Source: an uncultured Nitrososphaeraceae archaeon (GTDB lineage Archaea > Thermoproteota > Nitrososphaeria > Nitrososphaerales > Nitrososphaeraceae). From it: a stretch of 64,000 bases of DNA. A program made the position numbers and the translations under genes. Every line of letters starts with the position of its first letter. The first letter of the stretch is position 1. Positions 22,644 through 33,390 of the stretch are shown one piece after another. The notes under the pieces were generated by a model that ran no database searches, was not told the DNA's origin, and saw only the letters and a list, made by a program, of their open reading frames with translations. The DNA is taken from assembly GCA_963779615.1 (NCBI GenBank), contig CAVZZA010000005.1:512001-576000 (forward strand), read 5' to 3'.

Positions 22644-24512
22644 GTGGCATTTTCTATAAAATATATTTTTTTAGGGATTTTAACTCTGTTTACTCCTTTT
22701 GCAATATTTCCCTGCATTTATGCACAGACACATGATAAAACCCTGTATGAATTGACAAAACAATCTCCCAAAATTGAAGTATCTCATATTGATGTAGGCA
22801 AAGAGCCTTTTACCATAAAATATGTTGCAAATGAAAAAGTGTATGTTGCCAACTCCGGTTCCAACACAGTTTCGGTAATAGATGCAACCACCAACGAGAA
22901 GACAAAAGACATAGTTGTTGGAAAGTTTCCCTTCGTTATAGGTTATTCTGGCAATACAGTGTATGTTGCCAACTCCGGTTCCGACACAGTTTCGGTAATA
23001 AATGCATCAAAAGGCGAGAAGATAAAAGACATAGCGGTTGGAAAGTTTCCCAAGGCTATAGATTCTTCCCGCGATGCGGTGTATGTTGCCAACTCCGGTT
23101 CCAACACTGTTTCGGTAATAAATGCAACCACCAACGAGAAGATAAAAGACATAGCGGTTGGAGTTTACCCTTGGGCCACATATTCTGCTTTTGATAACTT
23201 ATATGTGGCAAACTTAAATTCCGACACAGTTTCGGTAATAAATGCAACCACCAACGAGGTTGTAAAAAACATAGTCGTTGGATTTGACCCTATGGCTATA
23301 AACTCTTTTGGTGATTCAGTGTATGTTGCAAATTACGCTTCCAACACAGTTTCGGTAATAAATGCAACCACCAACGAGAAGACAAAAGACATAGCGGTTG
23401 GAGATAAACCCAACATTTTAGATTTTTCTGATTATGCGGTGTATGTTGCCAACTCCGGTTCCGACACAGTTTCGGTAATAGATGCAACCACCAACGAGAA
23501 GATAAAAGACATAGCGGTTGGAAAGTTTCCCTTCGCCATGTATTCCTCCCGCAATGCGGTGTATGTTGCCAACTCCGGTTCCGACACAGTTTCGGTAATA
23601 GATGCAACCACCAACGAGAAGATAAAAGACATAGCGGTTGGAGATAAACCCGGCGCCATATCCTCTTTCTTTGATACAGTATATGTGGCAAACTACGGCT
23701 CTGATGGAGTGTCGGTAATTGACGGGATATCTAATGAAGTAGTAGCAGGTGTAAAATTTAATGTTCATCCCATTAACTCAGGTTATATAGAGTGCAATAA
23801 GCTAAAAACTCCAACAGAACATTATCTATATGTATATTCTGGAGACAAGTGCACGGCAAAGGCATCCAAAGGTTTTGAGTTTCAAAGCTGGCAAATGAAC
23901 CTGAAAAATAATGCAACTCTTCTACTGAATACATCCTCTTCCACCTCCTCTTGGGACTCAGTTTTAGACATTTTCAACTTAAAAAAAGATAAGCCTGAAG
24001 CAACTATCAGCATTACAAAATTTGGAAGCTTCACCGCAAACTTTAATGAACTCCCACCGCCACTTCCTCCAGAATACTGGGCCACGCTGTTTGGTTTTGT
24101 TGTTACAACCATCTTGGGCACTTTGCTAATCCCTGCCATCGTACGCTGGTTTAAATCGAGGTCAGATATAAAAAATCTGAACAAATACCATAAAATAATC
24201 GCTAAAATATATGCTGACGAGAAACAGGATGAAAACGACATTGCATCCTTGAACCATTTAAGTGGCTGTGTTTCTGATGACTATTCGAGAGGAAAAATAA
24301 ACAAGGAACATTATGAAAGCTTGAAAAACGAGGTTTCTTCCACCTATGAAGAAATATTCAGAAAAAGATTTCATACAATAAACCCATCAGACAAAGACTC
24401 TAAAGAAAAGGTAAAGGAACTCCGGGATGACATCCTATACGCTTTCTCGAAGGGAAAGATAAATGAGACTCACTACAATATGTTGAAAGAGACGATTGGA
24501 GAGGACAAGTGA
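22644..24512 (+). CDS. Membrane-anchored YVTN/YncE-type beta-propeller repeat protein
   Basis: Signal peptide, 8 x 40-aa VYVANSGS.TVSVI repeats, PPPLPPEYW plus TM segment, cytoplasmic tail. Confidence 0.9.
   Translation: MAFSIKYIFLGILTLFTPFAIFPCIYAQTHDKTLYELTKQSPKIEVSHIDVGKEPFTIKYVANEKVYVANSGSNTVSVIDATTNEKTKDIVVGKFPFVIGYSGNTVYVANSGSDTVSVINASKGEKIKDIAVGKFPKAIDSSRDAVYVANSGSNTVSVINATTNEKIKDIAVGVYPWATYSAFDNLYVANLNSDTVSVINATTNEVVKNIVVGFDPMAINSFGDSVYVANYASNTVSVINATTNEKTKDIAVGDKPNILDFSDYAVYVANSGSDTVSVIDATTNEKIKDIAVGKFPFAMYSSRNAVYVANSGSDTVSVIDATTNEKIKDIAVGDKPGAISSFFDTVYVANYGSDGVSVIDGISNEVVAGVKFNVHPINSGYIECNKLKTPTEHYLYVYSGDKCTAKASKGFEFQSWQMNLKNNATLLLNTSSSTSSWDSVLDIFNLKKDKPEATISITKFGSFTANFNELPPPLPPEYWATLFGFVVTTILGTLLIPAIVRWFKSRSDIKNLNKYHKIIAKIYADEKQDENDIASLNHLSGCVSDDYSRGKINKEHYESLKNEVSSTYEEIFRKRFHTINPSDKDSKEKVKELRDDILYAFSKGKINETHYNMLKETIGEDK
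22839..23750 (+). repeat. Intragenic 120-bp tandem repeat x8
   Basis: Units start at 22839, 22959 ... 23679. Confidence 0.9.
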
Positions 24513-24803
24513 ATTCAAAATCCCGCACTTAATTCCTTGGAATTTAAAACTTGAATTGAATTGGATTATTAGCCGCTGCATCTATCCTAGACACAGGAGC
24601 CGACATGGCCCTGGCGTTTGCCATCAGAGATTTTCTCTCACTGCTGTACCTTGTTCTTGGAGTAGGTCACAGAGTTTGCAGCTTGTGCTTCCTCAATCAT
24701 CGGGATGGCGGCGACTAGGCCTCCAGCCTGAATACAGCAAAGGCCAAGACTACTACATTGAAGGTGGTAGTGATTGATTTTGCATTACATACCATATGCA
24801 ATG

Positions 24804-25806
24804 TGCTTTGTTGCATGATTAGTATTTTACGGATAGAAAAATTGCTATTGATTTAGCAAGATGCAAATTTATTATACACTGAGGCTTTTAGCATCATTTC
24901 TTTTACCATATTCTCTAATTTAACAGAATAAACATTCTCTCCAAACGTTCTCTTTATACAAGAAAGCACGTTTTCTGCAATCCATCTTTGTCCACAGCTT
25001 ACGCTATCTTTCCATTTTTGTAAACCGTTTTTCTTCTGAGACATAACCGACAGATTTCTAATGAAATGGTTTGTTTTCTTGGCTTTGGCGTTTTTCCTTA
25101 CTTTAATACATGGCAAAATGCCACTGTCTGCAAGACATTTAAAAACAGTATTAATGTCGTAGGCGCAATCTGCAATTATTTTACCAACTGTCACATGTTT
25201 TGACTTTGAGATGGCATCAACTATTTTTGGTAACATCTTGCTATCATGGATATGCTCATAAGTTACCTTCATTGAAATTATTTTCTTGCTTTTTACATCT
25301 ACTGCAATGTGAATCTTCAAATAGCCTTCCTAATGTTCCATTTGTCTCTAATCCAATGGCCCCTGTTTGTTACCTTTATTCGTGTACTGTCTATTTCAAC
25401 TATAATATAGTTATCTTTGGTGGATTCTTTGTCAGTAATAGCAGCATCTTCAACTTTGATGTTCAATCGGTTGATTCTTCTGTTTATTGCAGTGTAATCA
25501 GGAATGGATGGAACCTTGTCTTTAGCATGCCCTTGTGCAATACTTTCGGTTTGTCTGCAAGGCAAGTGGAAATATACTTTGGCACATCCAAGCAAGAGAA
25601 GAAACGTGTTCGGATAATGAAATGGTTCACCAGCCTTGTCTTTATTCATCTGTTTTAATTCTTTATCCCAGTTGTCAATAACATCAAAACCAATCAGTAG
25701 TTCTCCTCGTCTATCTAGAGATTGGTTGTAGACGGACAATTTCATAGAGATTATTGAAGAGCGTTAGCTAAATGTATTTGGAAATCAAGAAATCATGCAG
25801 CAAGCA
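24804..25806 (-). mobile_element. IS5-family (IS903 group) element with split transposase (25317-25745 and 24853-25320)
   Basis: YNQSL..RGE, PDYTAINRR, IDSTRIK..W, KIHIAVD, AD.AYD, RWIAE..SCIKRTFG; TIRs at 24804-24821 and 25791-25806. Confidence 0.9.
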
Positions 25807-25950
25807 CATATACTCTACTGCTTTATCACGGTATTTTTCCTCGGTAGGATTGTGATTTTTTGTTATCTTGAACCAAGTGGTTTCACATTTCGCAGGATAT
25901 GGTTTCGCAAGTTCTTCAATTACACCTCCCACTTCAAAATAGTCAGGCAT
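25807..25950 (-). pseudogene. Hypothetical gene truncated at its 3' end by the IS5 end
   Basis: ORF 25768-25950 reads into the TIR after KAVEYM. Confidence 0.55.
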
Positions 25951-26444
25951 AAAAATAAACTCCTATCTCAAAAGATTGGTTGCTAATATGGTGTCGTAAG
26001 ACCTGTTTACTACATCCAATAAATCAGTATATATGAATTACATGTTTATAATTTAATCTGTTGCTTATTTGCTTCCGCTCCCGATATTCAAACAATATTA
26101 ATATAAAACGCACTATATTTATCAAAGTAATTCAAGTTCTCTGTCAATCAGCACATGCACAAATCCAATGTCCAGTAATTCGTCTTGTTATGAAAATACA
26201 TCATGAAGACAAAATGCAAAAACTACCAGATGAGGATGATAATACCAAGAAATGAATCTAACTTACACATAGTGCATGTAATCGAAGAATTCGGTGAATT
26301 GATACAACGATGGGAGCAACACGACAGTTACGTAGAAGAAGTAAAACAGCTTCGTAAAGACTTGCTTCGTCAATGTCTTCTAAATTAGATCTAATGTACG
26401 TAAATACTATGAAGTGGAAGTTCCTCTTCTGTTGTCAGATAAAG

Positions 26445-26834
26445 TCAAAGCAATAATTTTCTTATAGTTATTTCACCAACTCTACGGATAATGTTTGAAT
26501 GGTCAGCTTGTACTTCTGTAGTTATATAAAGCAGATGATGATCATTATCATCACCTAATGACATCGTAATACGTTTAATCTTTTCATATTCTGCCAATAC
26601 ATATTTTCCTTTTCCTATTTTTGGTGCAAGTTTGGTGCGTGTCTTCCATGAATTTACAGCTAGTTCAAGTGATTCTTTACTTTCTTCTGGCGTTAGCAAA
26701 TTCTTAACACCTTCACGATGCTCAGAATATACTGCTCTTCCATTTGAATCGCATATGGTAACTAGTCTAATCCCTGCATCTATGTTCATAATATCTTCAT
26801 ACATTTTTTCATAGTCTGTTTTTTTATAGTCCAT
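26445..26834 (-). CDS. Roadblock/DUF6659-like thaumarchaeal protein
   Basis: IRLVTICD.NG..REGVKNLLT.EES..KIGKGKYVLAEYEKIKRIT. Confidence 0.8.
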   Translation of the reverse strand: MDYKKTDYEKMYEDIMNIDAGIRLVTICDSNGRAVYSEHREGVKNLLTPEESKESLELAVNSWKTRTKLAPKIGKGKYVLAEYEKIKRITMSLGDDNDHHLLYITTEVQADHSNIIRRVGEITIRKLLL

Positions 26835-26998
26835 CTGCTTTAACTATATATAACACTGGATTTAAAAAAATCTTTTGAAGGCTTTCATTGCAATAATTGA
26901 ATCGATTACCCATTTTGATAAGGCTTTAGTTATAGATTCAAAGAATGTTGCTACACTAACTGGTAAAAAAATAAATGCATTGCTAACCCGATAAAGAT

Positions 26999-27313
26999 CT
27001 AATTTAGTAGTTGGATTCGAGCTTGCCATGTTACATTGTCAAGAATTATATCCTGCATTCTTCCTTGAACCCGTTCTAAAGCTTGTATCCTTATCATTGC
27101 CATATCTGCGTCATAATGATTATCTGACTTTTGCATAGCGATTTTAAGCTTTTTTATCTTAAGTTCTAACACATACCAAAACCTATCAGCGAAATTAACT
27201 ACGTCTTTAACTTCGGGAGAATCATGTTTGATATAGGAATCTTTAGCGGTATTGAGTTTATCGAGATTGTACATATCATAATTATTTTCTTTGTTATTTT
27301 TAGTAATGGTCAT
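26999..27313 (-). CDS. Hypothetical protein
   Basis: 104-aa ORF similar to the neighbouring 27318-27542 segment. Confidence 0.55.
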   Translation of the reverse strand: MTITKNNKENNYDMYNLDKLNTAKDSYIKHDSPEVKDVVNFADRFWYVLELKIKKLKIAMQKSDNHYDADMAMIRIQALERVQGRMQDIILDNVTWQARIQLLN

Positions 27314-27317
27314 ACGG

Positions 27318-27542
27318 CTAAACTAACATGGCCATCTTTTTTTGATCTATCAATATCAGTTTCTTGGTATCTTTGCTTTCGTTATTATTATTATTGTCGT
27401 TGTTGATGTTGATAACTATATCCTGTATGGGTGCTTCAACCCATTGATACGTCATTATTTGAGATTGTATCCTTTCAACGTCTATAGTCATGCAGGTATC
27501 TAACATTTCTCGCCTACATTTTCTTATTTTAAGGTCTAAAAC
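27318..27542 (-). pseudogene. Hypothetical gene 5'-truncated by the MITE
   Basis: Open frame VLDLKIRKCRREMLDT..WVEAPIQDIV runs up to the MITE end; aligns with VLELKIKK..RVQGRMQDII of its neighbour. Confidence 0.5.
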
Positions 27543-27682
27543 TGCTTTGTTGCATGATTATTTTAAATCGTTTTTTGTTGACGTTTTGTTGATAGGAGTA
27601 TGACGAAAACAATGAACATTGGATTATAATTGTCCTAGCTGAAGTATAGTTTTAGCTGTTTTTCGAATCATTCAACAAAGCA
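27543..27682. mobile_element. 140-bp MITE with IS903-group TIRs
   Basis: TGCTTTGTTGCATGATTA ... GAATCATTCAACAAAGCA, no coding capacity. Confidence 0.85.
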
Positions 27683-28181
27683 TATGCAATGAAATAAAAT
27701 ATGCATTTAAATATATCGATGAACAACAATGGTAATTCCAGACAAAACTATTCTTTATCCAAGTAAATTGAAGTTTATACCCAAAACTTTAAAACTTATT
27801 CCGATAGCAAGGCAAGAAAATTTGTGCCTAAAAAAACAAGAATGAAATTGCCTGAACTAATCACCCAACAACAACAACACTCCCACAACCACCGCTAGCA
27901 AAATAACGCTATTTACAAAGATTACAATAAGTACTATATTTTCAAACAAACAATCTCTGATTTCTACAACTATTTTATATATCCATTGGTCATGTAAGGC
28001 CCTGTTACCTTATCTGTCATTTGTCCATTCCAACTAGTAAAAGTATGCCAAACAACCTGGCATTATTGTAGTGGCTTTACAATAAAAATTCATTATCATG
28101 ATAACCATAGCTTTGGTAGAAAATAGTCAATATTAATTATTTAAGTCAGTGAACTTGTACAAGTTGGTATAGTAGGGCACC

Positions 28182-28655
28182 TTGTCTGACAATACAAATA
28201 GCGGATTTCAATTAAAAAAAGGCAAAGGAACAGAGATTTACTTTCGTGGTACAAAAATGACCGTCAAGGTTTCTGGAATTGATTCTGAGAACAGGTACAG
28301 TTTGATAGAGATGACACATCCCCCAAATAGTGGTCCTGCATTACATGTTCACCCAAAAGCGTCGGAGGCCTATTTTGTACTTGCCGGCGAATACTCCATA
28401 AAAAGCGGCGATAGAACATACCTATCCCAAATTGGCGATTTTGTTTTCATTCCAAAGGATGTTCCTCACAACTATCAATCAGGTCCTAATGGTGGAAAAG
28501 TGCTGGTGATATCCCCTGCGGGACTAGAGGAGTATTTTAAAGAGGTTGCAGGCATTCTTCATAAGCAGAATAAAATCCCATGGAGCACAGAAGTAGAAAT
28601 TGCACAACGGTATGGCCAAGAATTTCTGGACAACCTAAAACATTGGGGTCAATAA
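28182..28655 (+). CDS. Cupin domain protein
   Basis: GPALHVHP..EAYFVLAGE..GDFVFIPKDVPHNY..ISPAGLE. Confidence 0.9.
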   Translation: MSDNTNSGFQLKKGKGTEIYFRGTKMTVKVSGIDSENRYSLIEMTHPPNSGPALHVHPKASEAYFVLAGEYSIKSGDRTYLSQIGDFVFIPKDVPHNYQSGPNGGKVLVISPAGLEEYFKEVAGILHKQNKIPWSTEVEIAQRYGQEFLDNLKHWGQ

Positions 28656-28738
28656 AAATTATTTATTATTATGCATGTGAAAGATAAAAAGTCTATTATA
28701 TTCTCGATGACACAAGAATAACCATTGCACAAAAACTG

Positions 28739-29455
28739 CTAAGCAATGTTAGACCTCTTGTCGCTCTTTGCCAGCGAAGTCAATGCACTGGCCTTTATGG
28801 AATCCACATCACAATCAACATCTAACCCAATTGATTGTAGCATTTGCCTGGCCTCAACAGTATCGGGTATATTTTTTATCCTAAAATAATCGCCATCTTT
28901 ATAAACATAGAATATGGCAAACAAGCCTGAAACAGCAGCTCCTGCAAATACTGGCTTTACATCACTATTTTCATTGCTGCTGGATATCTTCAGGATATTT
29001 TTTAACCCTTGAATCCCTTCCTTCTGCTTCTTCCTGTTTAGTTTTATTCTGCCCATATCCACAAAATTATCCTTTTTTGGTTCTGCTTCCTCCTTACCAA
29101 ATCCCAATTCATCCACTAATGGCTTGCCGGGTAATTTTATGCTTCGAGTGCAGTCACAGGCTTCGCACTCCATTGTACATTCGTTTCTTAAGCGGGCGTC
29201 TTTAACTTCGACAACATCTTCAAAATATTTGCTCAATTCGGGAATTTCCATAGCCATGGGATATAATCCAGCCTCCAGGCAATAGCAAATTTCAATAAAA
29301 TGTATCAGATTGTCCTCATCTATAGTTGCTTCTCTTAACGCCGTTTGCATCCCTTCATAAAATACCTTGCCACGACCTAACGAGCCGTTTTTTAATGAAT
29401 CTGACAGTTTTTGCTTTTCCAAAGGACTTAACTTGCATTTAACGTAATATCGCAT
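28739..29455 (-). CDS. Hypothetical Cys-motif protein
   Basis: 238-aa ORF with EICYC and CTMECEACDC. Confidence 0.75.
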   Translation of the reverse strand: MRYYVKCKLSPLEKQKLSDSLKNGSLGRGKVFYEGMQTALREATIDEDNLIHFIEICYCLEAGLYPMAMEIPELSKYFEDVVEVKDARLRNECTMECEACDCTRSIKLPGKPLVDELGFGKEEAEPKKDNFVDMGRIKLNRKKQKEGIQGLKNILKISSSNENSDVKPVFAGAAVSGLFAIFYVYKDGDYFRIKNIPDTVEARQMLQSIGLDVDCDVDSIKASALTSLAKSDKRSNIA

Positions 29456-29641
29456 TAATGGGCAACCTTATGTCATCAAAAAACCATTTAAGCATTTAAT
29501 CAAGGCAAGAGGAAAAGGAAATGAATCGTACCATGTTCATTAAATAAGAAGACTGTGGGATACGAAAACAGCAAAGAAGAATCAAAGGTTAAGTAACTGA
29601 CTCGGTTTCTTTTATTATGACAACAATATATTGGTTAAAAG

Positions 29642-29900
29642 GGCCCTGTTCACCTAAGGATTTTCAATTCTTTATTGTGACAACCTACAAAAAGATGCAG
29701 CCAATTCATGGCATGCTTTAGTTTGCATTTCTTTTTTTTGCAGGATAGCAGTCAGTCACCATCAAGGCCTTCAGCTCCACCATCCTTCAAGTATTGCATT
29801 GTTCCTTCAACAATGCTTTTCCCATAAGGGGAATGCGGACGTGGTTTACCTTTCAGAATCCACAGGCTTGAGGATACCAAGTACCACAGTCTGTTGACAC
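29642..29900 (-). mobile_element. IS6-family transposase 3' remnant with terminal IR
   Basis: HPVSTDCGTWYPQAC / HSPYGKSIVEGTMQYLKD / KKKCKLKHAMNW in broken frames; end GGCCCTGTTCACCTAAG. Confidence 0.75.
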
Positions 29901-30893
29901 AGGGTGTAACAGAATCAGGGAATATAGCAGATGTCAATGACGCAAAAAAACTATGAACGCAATGGTGGTTGCGGCTGGCCTGAGAATCTAAGGCATTATT
30001 GGCAAAAATGCCAGATTATGCGGAATGTCACACTTGGTATAACGATACACCGTACAGCAATTTAATGGCCAAGCCTCAATAGCTTGAGTTCAAAAGCATG
30101 TTCACTTTTTCAAAAAACTCCATGGACGATGACATCAAAGGTTACACAAATAAGGACAGTCCTTTAGATGACAGCAAAATAACATTATCAAAGAGAGTCT
30201 AGTCCCTAAGTCAACTTACACGGATAGAGAAAGAGATTGTGAAACTTATGCAAAGAAACAGCAGCAGCAGCATTAAGATGCCTAACTATGGAGGATACGC
30301 AAAAATACAGCCTTAAAAACCAAGACATTCATTGACTAGACCTGCCTTGGATTCCTAAAAAAACCGAAGAGCAAGGGAACAGTGGATGGTTCTACAGGGC
30401 AGCCAAGGAGCACGAGTGGCATATCCCAAATTGCAAAAGGGCCATGGACAAGACAGAGCAGCATGAAAGGGAACATCTGTGGAGTGTGGTGGAAGACCCA
30501 AACACAAAAGAAAATGCCAATTTAAAGCATTCCAAGAACTCCATAACTTGACAGAGACATGTGTTTTTTCTCTTAAGTGTTCTGTAAATACATTGAATGT
30601 TTAATGTAAAGTATTTGTAGTTATTTTGCTTCATTTGCTTTTTAAAAAATGGTTCAAATAAACGATTAGTGCAACCATTTGGTGTGTGAAAACAACCACA
30701 GTTTTTTTACAAACACAACTAGGCTATATCTGACACAACTCTCAATGGCTTGCCATTTGTAACTGATTTATCGAGATTCTATCACTAATATTTTAAAATC
30801 TAAAATATGAATTAAAAAAAGGTTGGTGTCTTTTCGTCAAGTGAAGATTGAAATTAGGCTGTCTATTACAAAAGATGCCTTGTTAAACGATTT

Positions 30894-31619
30894 TTAATTA
30901 AGGCTCTTAGCATATTGACAAAATCGTATTGTATTGAAGTATTTTAACTTTATTGGCTTTTCTCTTGCCCCATTACATTCATCGACTAGTATTTGAAATA
31001 AATTTGAATTGCCATGTTTGGGCCAATTTAAAGCAAAACCATCATACCTTTTCCGTTTAGTTGGAATGACAGGATACCGTATGCAGTTACTTGTTATGTT
31101 AGGAAATCTGCTATTAATCAGCATATTGGAGAGTTCCGGTGTGGAAAAAAGACCGATCATTTCAATTTGACTATGAGCAACGGCTGCCTCATCTATAGCG
31201 GGGCCTATCAGTAATTGGGTTGATAAATAGTATTCCCCATAGCTTATCGCCCCCCTTAAAAAAAAATTTGACTCGAGGGAAAAAATGAAAGGGTTTATCA
31301 ACAAACCAAATAGATAATTGGCGTAACCTGGTTCGCATTGGCAAGTGATGATTATGGTGTCAGAAATGGTCGTGAAATAGTGTTTAAATTGTTTAAGTGG
31401 GGTTTGTTGTAGCGAATTTGCGAATTGAGCCATTATGTTTTTCCACCGGTTAAACGCTACATTAGGATCCATTCTTTCCCAAATTCCTTTTACACCTAAC
31501 GCATCAATAAAAATCACAAACCCCGTCTGATGGTGAGAATGAGAATCCCTCATAACAGGACTTGTCCCATCATAGACTACTACTGGTGCGTTAGAGTGGT
31601 CATCTCCAATGTTTGGCAT
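30894..31619 (-). CDS. Class III nucleotide-cyclase-like protein
   Basis: FIDALGVK, ISDTII, LRGAISYGE, LIGPAIDEAA; likely start ATG at 31619. Confidence 0.65.
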   Translation of the reverse strand: MPNIGDDHSNAPVVVYDGTSPVMRDSHSHHQTGFVIFIDALGVKGIWERMDPNVAFNRWKNIMAQFANSLQQTPLKQFKHYFTTISDTIIITCQCEPGYANYLFGLLINPFIFSLESNFFLRGAISYGEYYLSTQLLIGPAIDEAAVAHSQIEMIGLFSTPELSNMLINSRFPNITSNCIRYPVIPTKRKRYDGFALNWPKHGNSNLFQILVDECNGAREKPIKLKYFNTIRFCQYAKSLN

Positions 31620-32176
31620 TTTGCTATAGGAATGTATTGAATTAACCAATATATCTACTAGATAACAAAAAAGGTATAGGGTGTTTGTTATTGTTGCGGT
31701 ATTTTTTTTATGGGTTTTATACAGTCCAAGTCGCAACCACAAAAAAATCAAATGCATGATTTTGGTTTCGCCTTCAATTATGGTAGCAGGAATCGTCCTT
31801 AAGCCATATTTTGGTGAATGGGCATCCGCGACGGAATGTGCAGCAGAAGAAGAAGCATATGGGTTAATGATGACCGTAAGGCAATGTTCCAATCTGTCCT
31901 TACAACAGGGAATTAACCATAGTTAACGTAAAAAATATCCTGCAAGACGTCTTTGATACCCACACCGCCAAAGCGGCCTGAGAATAACTTTTGTCCAGAA
32001 AAGTCCTTATTGTTTAGGTGGCCGCCTGACTTTACCTCAAGACTTTATGCCTTGCAAAGCCGGATGAAAGTATTGCATCTAAGGTTGTTTATAATCGGAT
32101 GTCCGTCAAATGTTGAAATGAAGGGTTTATGGGTTTATGGGTTTACCCACAAAGGATACGGCGGTGTAAAAATGGG

Positions 32177-32450
32177 CTAGGCAGGCCTTCCATAGGCGTT
32201 GGTTACTGTGCATGTGGCTGCCTGTCCTCCACTGCATATTGTGCCGTTGCATCCATCTGGAAATGTCGTTATGAGTGGCACTATCACGGAGACGGTGCTA
32301 CCACCGGAGTTTGCCACATACAAAAACCCATTGTCGGGGTTGAAGGCAATGGACAATGGACGTGTTCCAACGGGTATGGGGGGTCCAGCAACGGTGTTTG
32401 TTGATGGGTCTATCACGGATACGTTGTTGCCAAATTGGTTTGTCACATAT
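32177..32450 (-). pseudogene. C-terminal fragment of a YVTN-repeat protein
   Basis: YVTNQFGNNVSVIDPSTNTV..IAFNPDNGFLYVAN..CNGTI..ATCTVTN. Confidence 0.8.
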
Positions 32451-33129
32451 GAACCCGTTCTCTGGGGTTTAAGGCGAATCCAACCGGACCCGATCCCCCT
32501 TCCAGCCGAGCAGACACCATTCACTTGTACCCCAGGGTGAGGAGCACCCGCTTTAGGGTTGCCCCGTACCCATTGCGGGCGTCAAATGCAGGAGATGCCT
32601 CTATACAGCACGGCACACTTTACAAAAAAAGGAGAATCCAACCTTTGTCATAATGTTTATATATAAGTATATGGGGGTTGTGTACTTTTATACACCAATC
32701 TTTAATGAATTATCCATAAGTACACTATGTCGACATTGCTTATATAACGCAATACAGGGAACAGGGTTGGCATTTGCCAAAACCATTCGTTTGGGGATGG
32801 AGGTATTTTCTGTTGCCACCCACATAGGCTCCCCTTCCCAGGCCTTACAGAGCATTTTTGGACTTTTGGTTTGCGCATACCCACGCACCATGGCAACAGA
32901 ATACCATATACCGCCGCTGGTTTGGACCTATGATTAGTTGTGGTTGTTAGACTGGTCTTCTGCAATGCACAACATCGACGATCCGGTGACCGCGGATTTG
33001 CATTATTGCTGCAAAAACTTGGGCAGGGCAAGCCCCCGTTGAAAGATAGCCTGTCTGCAATCCAGGTGACAGGCCCAAGTGAGTCACTTTCTCGGGTAGT
33101 AGGTATTATCTATAGCCCGGGCCAAATGC

Positions 33130-33390
33130 CTGAAGCCCCAGATCTGTGCCATATACCTCATCGGCGAACAGCTCAATGCCGGTGATGAGAGTGCTGTCGT
33201 CTGGGGCGAGGATTGTGGCGGCTTTCGCGGTTTCGTCAGGGCTCCCATCCACCCCAGCGGCGGCACAGCGTTCACGAGGTTTGCCTTTAACTGCTCGCCT
33301 TGTTCCTCTTTGGATCATGCCGCTGGTCAGCGGTGTGCCTACCGGACCGGGGCTTGTGGCGTTGACGTGGATCCTGCGCTTTAGCACGAC
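33130..33390 (-). pseudogene. GC-rich SDR oxidoreductase C-terminal remnant
   Basis: RRIHVNATSPGPVGTPL..GSPDETAKAATILAPDDSTLITGIELF/MAQI. Confidence 0.7.

Larger units (their letters stand above)
24804..27682. mobile_element. Composite transposon (IS5/IS903-group copy plus MITE) with 9-bp TSD TATGCAATG
   Basis: Outer inverted ends TGCTTTGTTGCATGATTA (24804) and GAATCATTCAACAAAGCA (27682); TATGCAATG at 24795-24803 and 27683-27691. Confidence 0.85.

Noticed and set aside
22839-23750. Repeat-spacer pattern resembling a CRISPR array
   Set aside because: Constant parts are about 84 bp with a 120-bp period, in frame within a YVTN protein; no cas genes seen
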